A stretch of DNA of 64,000 nt, taken from Candidatus Multivoradales bacterium. Lineage in GTDB: Bacteria; Acidobacteriota; Thermoanaerobaculia; Multivoradales; JAHEKO01. A program made the position numbers and the translations under genes. The stretch spans positions 192,001 through 256,000 of the forward strand of contig CBDCVR010000015.1 of the NCBI GenBank assembly GCA_965223155.1. The letters run 5' to 3'. The notes under the pieces are model-generated. The model worked only from the letters and a program-made list of their open reading frames with translations, did not search any database and was not told where the DNA came from. Shown in pieces: positions 18,701 through 28,618 of this stretch (its first letter is position 1; every line of letters starts with the position of its first letter).

Positions 18701-19627
18701 TCAGCTCCGCACCACCCGCATCCTGGGATCCAGAGCCGCATAGACGACGTCGGTGGCGAGATTCAGCAGCACATAGGTCAGCGCGATGGCCAGAATGCCG
18801 CCCTGCACCAACGGATAGTCCCGCAAGCGAATCGCCTGAATGACGAGCCGGCCCAGCCCGGGCCAGGAGAAGATCGTCTCGGTAATGATGGCTCCGGTCA
18901 GAAGCGCGCCGAATTGAAGACCCACGATGGTGACCACGGGAATCGAGGCGTTCTTGAGCGCGTGCCGCGCCACCGCCGAGGCCCGACTCAAGCCCCGGGC
19001 CTGGACCGCTCGCAAGTAGGGCTTGCCCAACTCTTCGGTTACGGAGCTTCGCACCATCCGGGTGAGGAGGCCGGCTAGCGCCGTACCCAGGGTCAGCGCC
19101 GGCAAGATCAAGTGAGCCGGGCCGCCCCGCCCGGAAACCGGCAGCCAGTCGAGCTGGATGGCGAACACCAGAATCAACATGGGCCCGAGCCAGAAGTTGG
19201 GAATCGACACTCCCATGAGCGCCAGGAAGCGCGAGCCGTGATCCACCGCTCCGTCCCGGCGGCTGGCGGCCACCAGGCCCAAGGGCACGGCGATGGCGAG
19301 GGCCACGATCATGCTCGCCAGGGCCAATTGAATGGTGGCCGGATAATGCTGGAGCAGGAGCTCGGCGACCGGCTTGCGGAAATGAAGAGACCGGCCCAAA
19401 TCGCCCCGGACAAGCCCGCCCAGGAAGCCCGCGTACTGCGCTCCCAGCGGCCGGTTGAGTCCCAAGTCCTCGCGTAGAGCGTCGATCTCGGAGCGTTGCG
19501 CGCCGTCGCCGAGCATCATCTCGACGGGATCGCCCGGGATCAGATGAATGAGCGAGAAGACCAGGGTCGCCACCAGCAGAGCGATCGGCACCGTCTGCAG
19601 CAGACGCCGGACGACGTAGCCGGTCAC
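18701..19627 (-). CDS. Peptide/nickel ABC transporter permease (DppB/OppB type)
   Basis: PGDP, GDLGRS, SIPNFWLG, HALKNA, ETIFSWPGLG, RDYP; start overlaps the upstream regulator's stop. Confidence 0.92.
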   Translation of the reverse strand: MTGYVVRRLLQTVPIALLVATLVFSLIHLIPGDPVEMMLGDGAQRSEIDALREDLGLNRPLGAQYAGFLGGLVRGDLGRSLHFRKPVAELLLQHYPATIQLALASMIVALAIAVPLGLVAASRRDGAVDHGSRFLALMGVSIPNFWLGPMLILVFAIQLDWLPVSGRGGPAHLILPALTLGTALAGLLTRMVRSSVTEELGKPYLRAVQARGLSRASAVARHALKNASIPVVTIVGLQFGALLTGAIITETIFSWPGLGRLVIQAIRLRDYPLVQGGILAIALTYVLLNLATDVVYAALDPRMRVVRS

Positions 19628-22600
19628 GCGTCGAGGTCCAGCTTGGCCGCCAGATAGGACAGCGCTTGCCGGGTTAGTCCGAGCCGGCGGGCGGCGGCGG
19701 CTCGATTCCCTCCCTCGGCCCGCAAGGCCTCCTCGACCAGGCTTCGGCGGTAGCGCTGCACCTTCTCATGGTAGCCGATCCGGGCGGCACCGGTTTGGTA
19801 CGGAAGATCCAGATGCTCGGGCAGAATCTCCCCGTTCCGGGCGTAGGCCACGGCAACGTCCAGGACGTTCTTGAGCTCGCGAACGTTTCCCGGCCAGGAG
19901 TAGGCCGCGAGCTGGCGCCGGGCCGCGTCGGACAACCGCGCCGGACGGCCGCGGCCGTCCGCCAGGAAGTGCTCCGCCAGCAGCAGGACATCGTCGCCCC
20001 GTTCCTTGAGCGGCGCCAGCCGCAGGCGCCCGACCCGGAGCCGGTAGTAGAGATCGGCCCGGAACTCTCCGGACTTGACCATCGACTCGAGGTCGCGGTG
20101 GGTAGCCGCGACCACTCGAACGTCGGTCTTTCGAGGCAGGGTCTCGCCGACCCGACGTACCTCCCCTTCCTGCAAGACCCGCAGCAGAAACCCCTGGGCC
20201 CGGAGCGGCAGGTCCCCGATCTCGTCCAGAAACACGGTTCCGCCCCGGGCGGTCTCGAACACGCCGGCGCGGTCGCGGGCAGCGCCCGTGAAAGCGCCCT
20301 TGACGTGCCCAAAGAGATCCGACATCAGGAGATCCTCCGCCACGGCGGCGCAGTTCATCGCCACGAAGGCCTCTTGCTGACGCGGGCTGACGGCGTGGAC
20401 GTACCGGGCCAGGAGTTCCTTGCCGGTGCCGGTCTCGCCGTGAATCAGGATCGGAACTTCGGCCGGCGCCAGGGTTTGGGCGCGCTCGAGCGCTTCCCGG
20501 AGCGCCGGACTCGAGCCCACCAGCGGCGCACGCGGCCGGCCCGCAGGCTCCGGAGCGCGGTCGGCGCTATAGCCGTCAGTCACCAGCGCGAACAGCGCCT
20601 CCTGGGTCGGGTCCAGAAACGGAGTCTCCAGCAGGTACTCGGCGCCGCCGACGCGGCGCCTACTCCTGGCCGGCCCTCCCCTGCCATCCACGAGAATCCG
20701 GCTACCGCGATCGGTCTCTACCGTCAGACGAACCTGCGGGTAGCCGGCCCCGGAGAACAGCTCCGTCACGTCCCGGCCGGCTTCGCCCGGCTCCAGCAGG
20801 AAGTCCCGCAAGGCCTTCCAGGACGAGCTGTCCCGCCGGTCCAGGCGCTCGGCCAGCGGGCCGGCGCCGGCCTCGCGCAGAGCCACGACGGCCGCGCGCA
20901 AGACATGGGGTGGACTGATCCCCGGCTCCAGAAGCTCGAGGTCGAAAACCAGCCGCCCCGCCCGGTACGCCTCGGCTCCCGCCAGCGCTTCCCAGTCCTG
21001 GGCTGCCAGAGCCTCGCCCGAGAGAACTTTCGTCCACAGGGGCCGGGCGAAGCCAGCCGGCGCCTCGGCCAGGGCCCGCTCTCGGTCCCCCGCCAGCGCC
21101 CACAGTGCCGGAACCTCTTCGGCTTCGAGCTCGAAGATCGCTTCCGCGTTCGCCCCGGCCAGCTCCTCGGCGGCCGCCTCGGGTCGCTCCAACCAGCCGA
21201 GAGCGCGGGCCGCCACCACCCGCAAGACGCCCGAGCGCCAAGCGACCTGCCGGTGCTCGAGCTCCTCGGCCGCCGCCCGAGCCTTGAGCAGTGCCGCGTG
21301 CGGCCGACCCCGGGCCAGCTCGTACCGGGCCAGCATCTCGAGGTCACAGGCGTAACTGCGCCAGTTCCGCGCCCGCCGATCCGCCTTGGCCGCGGCTTCC
21401 AGCACCGCGCGCACGCCCGCGGTCCGGCCCCGCCGTAACCGCACCTCGGCCAGATTGAAGCGCAGGAACGTGGCATTCCGGCTTCCCTGCGCGTCCCGAT
21501 GGAGCCGCAGCGCGTGCAGCATCGCGCGCTCGGCTCCGCTCAGATCGCCCGTCTCTACGCGAGCCATGGCCAGCTCGTTCCACAGCGCCCCCGCCTCGAA
21601 CGGCGTCAGGGACCGTCGCCAGCCGCCCAGTGCCCGGGCGAAGCTCGCCGCCGCCGCATCGCCATCGCCCCGAGCCAGCGCGCCCAAGCCCTCGGCTTTG
21701 AGCCAGCGCCAGCCCAAGCGCTGGGACTCGAGGGCGGCGCGCGAGGCCTCGAGATGCCCGTCGATCTGGTCGAGCCGGCCGCGGTCCCAGGCTCGTAGAG
21801 CGGCGAAGATGCGCGCCCGCAGGCGAGCCTCGGGTGCTTCATCGGCCAGCGCCCTTTCCAGCCAGCGATCCGCGTCCCGCTCCCGGCCCAAGTTGGCGAA
21901 CACCCGGATCGCCGCCGAGACCAGCTGCATCCGCTGGCGGCTCGTCAACCCGGCGTCCTCCAACCGGTCGATCTCCCGCACCGCCCGGCCCAACTTGTTG
22001 AGACGAACCAACGTCCACAGGCGCAGCAGGCGCGCCTCCGGCGAGCGCCGCCCCTTGAGGTTCGCCAGCGCGTCCTGGAACCGCCCGACCGCGTACAGGC
22101 AGCGGGCGAAACTCAAGCGCGCGGCCGCGTCCTCGGGCGGTTCGATCTCCCACAGGCGCACCGCCTGACGCCAGCGTCCCTGCTCGATGAGGCTCCCGGC
22201 GTCTCCCCGCCTCGGATCGCGCGCCCAGAGCCTACCGCCGTCGAGCGATGCCAACCGATGCTCGACCTCGGCGAGATCGCTCTCGTCACCCGCGAGCAGG
22301 CTTCTCCGGAACCAAGTCGGTCCCAGGACGGTCACCCTCAAGCCACCGGGTGAGGTCGGGTGCCCGGCCGCCAGAGCCTTGCGATACTCGCCGAGCTCGG
22401 CGCGCCAGAGGAAGCCCGCCCGGCGGGCCAGATCGTCGACGATCTCGGTGGGCTTGAGCTCCGAAAGCTCCGAGCGCCAGCGCTCGAAGAGCTCGCGCGC
22501 AATCCGGCGGCCCTCGCCACGGCCAGCCGGCGCTTCTTCCGAGCGAAACGCAGCCGCCAGCAGAGCGGCCAACCCGTCCTGCGGCCGGCCCCGGCTGGGG

Positions 22601-22815
22601 ACCACGCGGCCCCGCAGCCCAGCCAGCCGGCCGTCGCTCAAGATCGGCCCCGACCAGTCATCGACACCGTAGCCGGAGCCCTCCAGATGGGCCAGCAGGC
22701 AGGCTCCCTCGAAGACGATCGCGATGCGCTGCCGGTCGGTCAGGCGGGCGTCGGAGAGAGACTCCTCGCCTCGTCCCGATAGACAACAATGCTCCAGCGG
22801 TACGTCCATTGCCAC
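19624..22815 (-). CDS. Sigma54-dependent activator with a long TPR-like N-terminal region, AAA+ domain and Fis HTH
   Basis: GETGTGKE, HVKGAFTGA, FLDEIG, FRADLYYRL, WPGNVREL, GNRAAAARRLG; GGAGG RBS before the GTG. Confidence 0.9.
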   Translation of the reverse strand: MAMDVPLEHCCLSGRGEESLSDARLTDRQRIAIVFEGACLLAHLEGSGYGVDDWSGPILSDGRLAGLRGRVVPSRGRPQDGLAALLAAAFRSEEAPAGRGEGRRIARELFERWRSELSELKPTEIVDDLARRAGFLWRAELGEYRKALAAGHPTSPGGLRVTVLGPTWFRRSLLAGDESDLAEVEHRLASLDGGRLWARDPRRGDAGSLIEQGRWRQAVRLWEIEPPEDAAARLSFARCLYAVGRFQDALANLKGRRSPEARLLRLWTLVRLNKLGRAVREIDRLEDAGLTSRQRMQLVSAAIRVFANLGRERDADRWLERALADEAPEARLRARIFAALRAWDRGRLDQIDGHLEASRAALESQRLGWRWLKAEGLGALARGDGDAAAASFARALGGWRRSLTPFEAGALWNELAMARVETGDLSGAERAMLHALRLHRDAQGSRNATFLRFNLAEVRLRRGRTAGVRAVLEAAAKADRRARNWRSYACDLEMLARYELARGRPHAALLKARAAAEELEHRQVAWRSGVLRVVAARALGWLERPEAAAEELAGANAEAIFELEAEEVPALWALAGDRERALAEAPAGFARPLWTKVLSGEALAAQDWEALAGAEAYRAGRLVFDLELLEPGISPPHVLRAAVVALREAGAGPLAERLDRRDSSSWKALRDFLLEPGEAGRDVTELFSGAGYPQVRLTVETDRGSRILVDGRGGPARSRRRVGGAEYLLETPFLDPTQEALFALVTDGYSADRAPEPAGRPRAPLVGSSPALREALERAQTLAPAEVPILIHGETGTGKELLARYVHAVSPRQQEAFVAMNCAAVAEDLLMSDLFGHVKGAFTGAARDRAGVFETARGGTVFLDEIGDLPLRAQGFLLRVLQEGEVRRVGETLPRKTDVRVVAATHRDLESMVKSGEFRADLYYRLRVGRLRLAPLKERGDDVLLLAEHFLADGRGRPARLSDAARRQLAAYSWPGNVRELKNVLDVAVAYARNGEILPEHLDLPYQTGAARIGYHEKVQRYRRSLVEEALRAEGGNRAAAARRLGLTRQALSYLAAKLDLDA

Positions 22816-23018
22816 TATCCTCCAAGCTTCGCCCCGCGACCCGCCGCGTCAGCGACGTTCCGCGGGAGTCCCTCGACCCCTCTCGACTCCCCAACCAAGT
22901 ACTCGGCTCGGCGCGAGTCTATACCGCTAGGGCGAGAACCGGCGGCGGCCCGGCCCGGCCCGGAACCACTAGCCGCAACCTACCGGCCGAGACTGCCCAC
23001 TGGGAACCCAGCGCCGGC

Positions 23019-24323
23019 CTACGCCGGGCCGCTTTCGCAGACGCGTTCGAAATCCCGCCAGAAACTGGGGTAGGACTTGGCGACGACTTCGGGCCCATCG
23101 ATCACCGTGCCGGGGCGGCGCAGACCGGCCACCGCGAAGCTCATCGCCAGCCGGTGATCGTCGGCGGTATCGACCTGCGCGGGATCCTCAGGTGGACCGC
23201 CGGAAGCCCAGACGCCTGGCACGATCAGTCCGTCCCTCTCGACTTCGGCCGCCGCGCCCAGGGCGGCGAGGCCGGCCGCCGTGGCGGTCAAGCGATCGCT
23301 TTCCTTGGCCGCGACGAACCCGACGCCGGCGATCGAGGTCTCGCCTGCCGCAAACGGGGCGATCGCTGCCAGGGTGGGAACCTGATCGGGCATGTCCGCC
23401 AGGTTCGCGGTCACCGCCCGGAGCTTGCCCGTACCGGTCACCCGCAGCCGGTCGTCCAGCCAGCGGTGCCGGGCTCCCATGGCCCCAAGGATCTCGAGGA
23501 ACCGCCGATCGCCCTGCCGGGAGTCCCGGCGGAGGCCGGCGAGCTCGATCCAGCCGCCGGTCAGAGCCGCCGCGGCGGCGAAATAGCAAGCGCTCGAGTC
23601 GTCGCCCTCGAGCACGAGCTCCGCGTCTTGCGGAAGCTCCGGCTTGACCCGGTACCGGCCTGGGCCGGCCGTCACGGCGGCGCCAAAATCCCGGATCGCC
23701 TGGACGGTCAGATCCACGTAGGGCGCGGAGACCAGTCCGTCGACCTCGAGCTCGAGCCCCCGTGGCGCCCGCAGACACGCCATCAGTAGCGCCGAGACGA
23801 ACTGACTCGAGCCGGTGGCGTCGACGCGGGCCCGGCCGCCTTGGAGAGTCCCTCCTCGAAGACGCACCGGCGCGTGCCCCTCGGCGGCCAGGCACTCAAT
23901 CTCGGCGCCCAGATCACGGAGGGCGTCGAGGAGAGGTGCCAGCGGTCTCTCCCGGAGGCGCGGGGTGCCGTCCAGGATCCAGAGTCCGGGACGGGTCGCC
24001 AGGCTCGCGGTCAAGAAGCGGAGCATCGTGCCCGAGGCGCCGCAGTCGATCGCCACCGGCTCGGCGACGGCAGCAACCTGCCGAACCGCCGGCACGGCTA
24101 CGTCCCAACAGTCGCCCGCGCGCCGCGCCGTACCGCCGATCCGTGCGATCGCCATCAGCAGCGCGTGGATGTCCTCGGCATCGAGCAGGCCCCGCAGGCG
24201 CGTCCGTCCCCCCGCCAGGAGAGCCAGATTTAGATAGCGGTTCGAAACGCTCTTCGAAGGCGGTACGGTGACGCGGCCCGCAACCCGCCGGCCGGCACGA
24301 ATCGGACGAGCCGGGACGGTCAC
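23019..24323 (-). CDS. aroA: EPSP synthase
   Basis: PPSKS, GASGTMLRFL, LRERP, SSQFVSALLM, KESDRL, DHRLAM, KSYPSFW; GTG at 24323. Confidence 0.95.
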   Translation of the reverse strand: MTVPARPIRAGRRVAGRVTVPPSKSVSNRYLNLALLAGGRTRLRGLLDAEDIHALLMAIARIGGTARRAGDCWDVAVPAVRQVAAVAEPVAIDCGASGTMLRFLTASLATRPGLWILDGTPRLRERPLAPLLDALRDLGAEIECLAAEGHAPVRLRGGTLQGGRARVDATGSSQFVSALLMACLRAPRGLELEVDGLVSAPYVDLTVQAIRDFGAAVTAGPGRYRVKPELPQDAELVLEGDDSSACYFAAAAALTGGWIELAGLRRDSRQGDRRFLEILGAMGARHRWLDDRLRVTGTGKLRAVTANLADMPDQVPTLAAIAPFAAGETSIAGVGFVAAKESDRLTATAAGLAALGAAAEVERDGLIVPGVWASGGPPEDPAQVDTADDHRLAMSFAVAGLRRPGTVIDGPEVVAKSYPSFWRDFERVCESGPA

Positions 24324-24333
24324 GAGCCCGGCC

Positions 24334-25014
24334 CTAGCCCAGCCATTCGATTCGACGAGTCTCGAACCAGGCATCCAAGATCCGCACCTCGCCACCGGCA
24401 ACCCGCCAGTTCCGGGCCTCGTGAAAGTGTCCCAGGAGCAGGACGTCATGGCCCTCCGCCAGGCGCCGCTCGCCGTAGCGCTTGAGCACGTCCTCCGGAA
24501 TCTCGGACTTGTGCTTGAAGTTGGTCTTGGACAGGCTCCGCTCCATGCGGTCCACGAGATATTGAGCCAGGGCTCGCGGCAGACCGAACATCGCCCAGCG
24601 GGTGACCGGATTCTTGGAGATTCGGCGCCAGAAGCGGTAGAGGTAGTCGCGGGCGTTGAGGCCGTCCCCATGGACGACCAGATAGCGCACACCGGCGTGG
24701 TCGAAGGCGAGCTCGGTCCCCACCGAGCGCAGACTCTTCGAGTAGACGCTCCCGGCCAGGAAGAAGTCCCGGTTCCCTTCGATGTAGTCAACCGGCACGC
24801 CACGCTCTCCGAGGCGCTCGAGGGCGGCCACGATCTCGCGGATGTCCAGGGTCTCGAACCTGGGCGATCCGATCCAGGCCTGAAACAGGTCTCCGAGGAG
24901 CACCAAGCGCTCGCACGAGGCCGGCTCCAGCCGGTCGAGCTGCGCCACCAACTCGCCGGCGGCGCCGCCGGGACCGCCCAGGTGGGCGTCGGCCACAACC
25001 GCCACCCCGGTCAT
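24334..25014 (-). CDS. lpxH: UDP-2,3-diacylglucosamine diphosphatase-like metallophosphoesterase
   Basis: DAHL, LGDLF..W, GNRD, HGD, GHFH. Confidence 0.8.
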   Translation of the reverse strand: MTGVAVVADAHLGGPGGAAGELVAQLDRLEPASCERLVLLGDLFQAWIGSPRFETLDIREIVAALERLGERGVPVDYIEGNRDFFLAGSVYSKSLRSVGTELAFDHAGVRYLVVHGDGLNARDYLYRFWRRISKNPVTRWAMFGLPRALAQYLVDRMERSLSKTNFKHKSEIPEDVLKRYGERRLAEGHDVLLLGHFHEARNWRVAGGEVRILDAWFETRRIEWLG

Positions 25015-25099
25015 CGCGATCCTGGAACGCGGCGGCGGCCCAAGCCGCGCGAAGCGGTGGCTCCGGCGCGCCGGAGTGCCAGGGGCGGCATCAACCGGC

Positions 25100-26176
25100 T
25101 CAAAAAATCGACAGCCTCGGAGGCGCGTTCGCGGCCACCGCCGAGACCACGGCGTCGGCCAGGGTCGAGAAGGCTTCCGCATGCGGTCCGTCCGGTTCGG
25201 ACACCACCACCGGAACCCCGTCGTCGCCGCCCCGCATGATCACCGGATCCAGCGGCACCCGGCCCAAGAACTCCCGATCCAAGCTCTCGGCGGTGGCTTG
25301 GCCGCCGCCCTTCTTGAAGATATCCGTGACCTCGCCGCAATGAGGACACGCAAAGCCGGACATGTTCTCGATGATGCCGACCACGGGAACGTTGACCTTG
25401 TCGAACATGGTCAGGCCCTTGCGGGCGTCGATCAAGGCGATGTCCTGGGGAGTGGTCACGACGACGGCGCCCGAAAGCGGCACCTTTTGGCTGATGGTGA
25501 GTTGCGCATCGCCGGTGCCCGGCGGCAGGTCCACGATCATGTAGTCGAGCGCGCCCCAGACCACGTCGCCCAGCATCTGCTCGATGGCGCGCATCACCAT
25601 CGGCCCCCGCCAGATCACCGCCGTGTCGGTATCGACCACGAAGCCGAGCGACATCAGCTTGACGCCGTGGCGCTCGAACGGCAGCAGGCGGTTGCCCTCG
25701 ACCCGGGGCCGCTCGTTGATGCCGAACATCATCGGCAGAGACGGGCCGTAGATGTCGGCGTCCAAAACGCCGACCCGGAAGCCCTTGGCAGCGAGAGCCA
25801 CGGCCAGGTTGACGGCCACCGTGGACTTGCCCACCCCGCCCTTGCCGCTGGCGACCGCGACCACGTTCTGAACCTCCGGGATGAGCTGAGGATCGCGGGC
25901 CACGGCATCCTGCGCCGGCGCCGGCGGTTGCTCGACCCGGAGCTCGACGCGGACGTCGCCGAGCCCTTCGATGCGCCCGAGAGCCTCCTCGACCGCGGCG
26001 GCGACCTGTTCGGCGCGCTCGGGCTGCCCGGTCGAGATCTGCAGACGGACGCTTGCTCGCCTACCGTTGATCTCGACTCCATCCACGAAGCCGAAGGACA
26101 CGATGTCGCGGCTCATGCCGGGAAACCGAATCTTCCGCAACTCGTCCCAAACCAGCTGTTCCAAGGGTGCGCTCAC
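25100..26176 (-). CDS. apbC: Mrp/ApbC Fe-S cluster carrier ATPase
   Basis: SGKGGVGKST, DADIYGPS, WRGPM, DLPPGTGD, ENMS.F.CPHC. Confidence 0.93.
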   Translation of the reverse strand: MSAPLEQLVWDELRKIRFPGMSRDIVSFGFVDGVEINGRRASVRLQISTGQPERAEQVAAAVEEALGRIEGLGDVRVELRVEQPPAPAQDAVARDPQLIPEVQNVVAVASGKGGVGKSTVAVNLAVALAAKGFRVGVLDADIYGPSLPMMFGINERPRVEGNRLLPFERHGVKLMSLGFVVDTDTAVIWRGPMVMRAIEQMLGDVVWGALDYMIVDLPPGTGDAQLTISQKVPLSGAVVVTTPQDIALIDARKGLTMFDKVNVPVVGIIENMSGFACPHCGEVTDIFKKGGGQATAESLDREFLGRVPLDPVIMRGGDDGVPVVVSEPDGPHAEAFSTLADAVVSAVAANAPPRLSIF

Positions 26177-26949
26177 TTCGTCGTCTCCTCCAAGTTCCGT
26201 TGGGGCCGCGGCTGCCGGAGCCGCTCGATCTCGTGCCGGATCCGGTCGGTCAGCCGGCGGCGCCCAGCGACGCCGTAGTCCTCCACCGCGATCGGCGAGC
26301 CGTAGTGTAGCCGGAGAGGCCGCGGCCGGATCCACAGACTGCGCTTCTTCTGGATGGACGCACTCTCGACGAGACCGACCGGCACGATGGGCAAGCCGCT
26401 CTTGAGCGCCAAGAGAAAGCCGCCGCGCTTGAACGGCAGTAGCCGGTCACCGGGCGAGCGCGTGCCTTCCGGGAAGATCAGCACCGACACGCCGCCGTCC
26501 AGCTGCGCGATGGCCGAGGAGAAGCTGTCACGGGCCGTGCTCAGGTCCTTCCGGTCGATCGTGATAAATCCGCCCATCTTGAGCGCCCAGCCGAAGATCG
26601 GAATCTGGAACAGGCTCTTCTTGGCCAGAAACCGGGTTTGTCCCGGCAGGGTCGCCAGGAGACCGGGAATGTCGAACAGGCTGCTGTGATTGGCCATGAA
26701 CACGTACTGGCCGCATGGGTCGAGCGGCGTCTCGAATTGCGGCCGAGCGGAGACCCAGCTAGCCGCGAGCACCCCCTTCGCCCAGAGCCTGGCGATCCCG
26801 TAGATCAAGCGGCCACGAGGCGGGATCCAGCCCAGGAGAACCGCCGCCGAGGCCAGGACGAAGGTCCCGGCGAGCAGAAACAGATTGCCCGTCAGAGTCG
26901 CCACGGCCACCGCCAGGGGCGATGGGTCATGCGTTGGGCGATGGGCCAA
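26173..26949 (-). CDS. plsC: 1-acyl-sn-glycerol-3-phosphate acyltransferase
   Basis: NHSSLFD, FLAKKSLF, FPEGTRS. Confidence 0.9.
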   Translation of the reverse strand: MAHRPTHDPSPLAVAVATLTGNLFLLAGTFVLASAAVLLGWIPPRGRLIYGIARLWAKGVLAASWVSARPQFETPLDPCGQYVFMANHSSLFDIPGLLATLPGQTRFLAKKSLFQIPIFGWALKMGGFITIDRKDLSTARDSFSSAIAQLDGGVSVLIFPEGTRSPGDRLLPFKRGGFLLALKSGLPIVPVGLVESASIQKKRSLWIRPRPLRLHYGSPIAVEDYGVAGRRRLTDRIRHEIERLRQPRPQRNLEETTK

Positions 26950-26974
26950 GGGTCGGCGCTCCGCGCTGAGTGCT

Positions 26975-26983
26975 TGCTACAAT
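26975..26983 (+). promoter_or_regulatory. Putative extended -10 element for the mla operon
   Basis: TG-c-TACAAT in the divergent intergenic region. Confidence 0.5.
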
Positions 26984-27101
26984 CCTTGCGAATGTCGGTC
27001 GAGACCGCTTCGCCGCCCTCCGCCGGAGTTCGCGACGAAGAGCCCGCTTCGGGCTCGCGATTGTACCGCTCCGGGCCTCCGGCCCCGCCGAATGGGCGCC
27101 G

Positions 27102-27860
27102 ATGATCGCTAGGCTGTACGAAGCACTCGCGCTCGTCGGGGGCTTGAGCGCGCTGGCGGCGCGCAGCTTCGTGGCCCTGGTCAAGCCGCCCTATGAGCCG
27201 CGGGCCTGGATCCGGGAGATGGAACAGATCGGCGTGCGCTCGCTTCTGGTGGCCGCGATCACGACGGTCTTTACCGGGATGGTGCTGGCGCTTCAGACCG
27301 CCTACAGCCTGCCATCTCTAGGCGTGAAGTACTACATCGGCACGGTGGTCTCGAAGTCGATCGTGCGCGAGCTCGGTCCGGTGCTCACCGCGCTCATCGT
27401 GGGCGGGCGCATCGGCTCGGGAATGACCGCCGAGCTGGGCACCATGCAGGTCACCGAGCAGATCGACGCCATGCGCTCGATGGCCGCCGACCCGGTCAAG
27501 AAGCTGGTGGCACCGAAGCTGGCCGCGAGCCTCCTCATGCTCCCGGTCCTGACCACCATCGGAGATCTCCTGGGAGTCCTGGGCGGACTCATCATTGCGA
27601 CCTTACAGCTTCAGCTAACCGCAGGCTTCTACATCAACGACGTCTTGGGCTCGCTCACGATCGACGACGTTTCGAGCGGCCTCGGCAAGTCGGTCTTCTT
27701 TGCCTTCTTCATCACGGTGATCGCCTGCTACAACGGCCTCACGGCTCGTGGTGGGGCCGACGGCGTCGGACGCGCCACCACCAACACCGTGGTCATGGCC
27801 TCGATCATGGTGCTGGTGTCGGACTTCTTCCTGACCAAGCTCTTCTACCTGCTGTTCTGA
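27102..27860 (+). CDS. mlaE: MlaE-family ABC permease
   Basis: RELGPVLTA, GRIGSGMTAELGTMQVTEQIDA, GGADGVGRATT. Confidence 0.93.
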   Translation: MIARLYEALALVGGLSALAARSFVALVKPPYEPRAWIREMEQIGVRSLLVAAITTVFTGMVLALQTAYSLPSLGVKYYIGTVVSKSIVRELGPVLTALIVGGRIGSGMTAELGTMQVTEQIDAMRSMAADPVKKLVAPKLAASLLMLPVLTTIGDLLGVLGGLIIATLQLQLTAGFYINDVLGSLTIDDVSSGLGKSVFFAFFITVIACYNGLTARGGADGVGRATTNTVVMASIMVLVSDFFLTKLFYLLF

Positions 27861-27862
27861 CG

Positions 27863-28618
27863 ATGACGGGGCCACTGTTCGAAATCCGCGACCTGCACAA
27901 GGCGTACGGTAGCCGGAGCGTGCTCGCCGGGGTTTCTTTCGACATCTTTCCCGGCGAATGCCTGGTGATTCTGGGCCGCTCGGGCACTGGCAAGAGCGTG
28001 ACGCTGCGTCAGCTCAACGGCCTCGAGAAGCCCGACCGCGGCCGGGTCGTCTTCGACGGCATCGACATCTCGGCGCTGGACGAAGACGATCTCATCCCGA
28101 TCCGCCAGCGGGTCGCCATGCTCTTCCAGGGCGGCGCGCTCTTCGACTCGATGACCGTCTTCGACAACGTCGCCTTCCCGCTCCAGGAGCACACCGACCT
28201 GTCGGAGTCCGGGATCGCGGACAAGGTCGCGGACAAGCTCGCCAGCGTGCAGCTTCCGGGAGTCGAGACCAAGCTGCCGGCGGCTCTCTCGGGCGGCATG
28301 AAGAAGCGAGTCGCGCTGGCACGGTCCCTGGCGCTGGACCCGGAGGTCGTCCTCTTCGACGAGCCCACGACGGGGCTGGACCCGATGACGTCGGCGACCA
28401 TCGCCGGGCTGATTCAAAAGACACGAGAATCCCACGAGGTAACTTCGGTCGTGGTGACCCACGACCTGCCCCTGGCCCACCGCGTTGCCGATCGCGTGGC
28501 CTTCCTGGATGAGGGGAGGTTCCGCTTTGTCGGCACTTGGGACGAAGCGGAAGCTTCGGACGACGTTCTCCTGCGCAAGTTCCTGGCGGGAGAGGAGGAA
28601 AACGGCTATGACGCGTGA
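27863..28618 (+). CDS. mlaF: MlaF-family ABC ATPase
   Basis: GRSGTGKS, FQGGALFDS, LSGGMKKRVALAR, DEPTTGLDP. Confidence 0.92.
   Translation: MTGPLFEIRDLHKAYGSRSVLAGVSFDIFPGECLVILGRSGTGKSVTLRQLNGLEKPDRGRVVFDGIDISALDEDDLIPIRQRVAMLFQGGALFDSMTVFDNVAFPLQEHTDLSESGIADKVADKLASVQLPGVETKLPAALSGGMKKRVALARSLALDPEVVLFDEPTTGLDPMTSATIAGLIQKTRESHEVTSVVVTHDLPLAHRVADRVAFLDEGRFRFVGTWDEAEASDDVLLRKFLAGEEENGYDA

Noticed and set aside
26955-26974. CIRCE-like GGCGCTC..GAGTGCT
   Set aside because: The spacer is 6 nt rather than 9, and the site is not at a chaperone gene.
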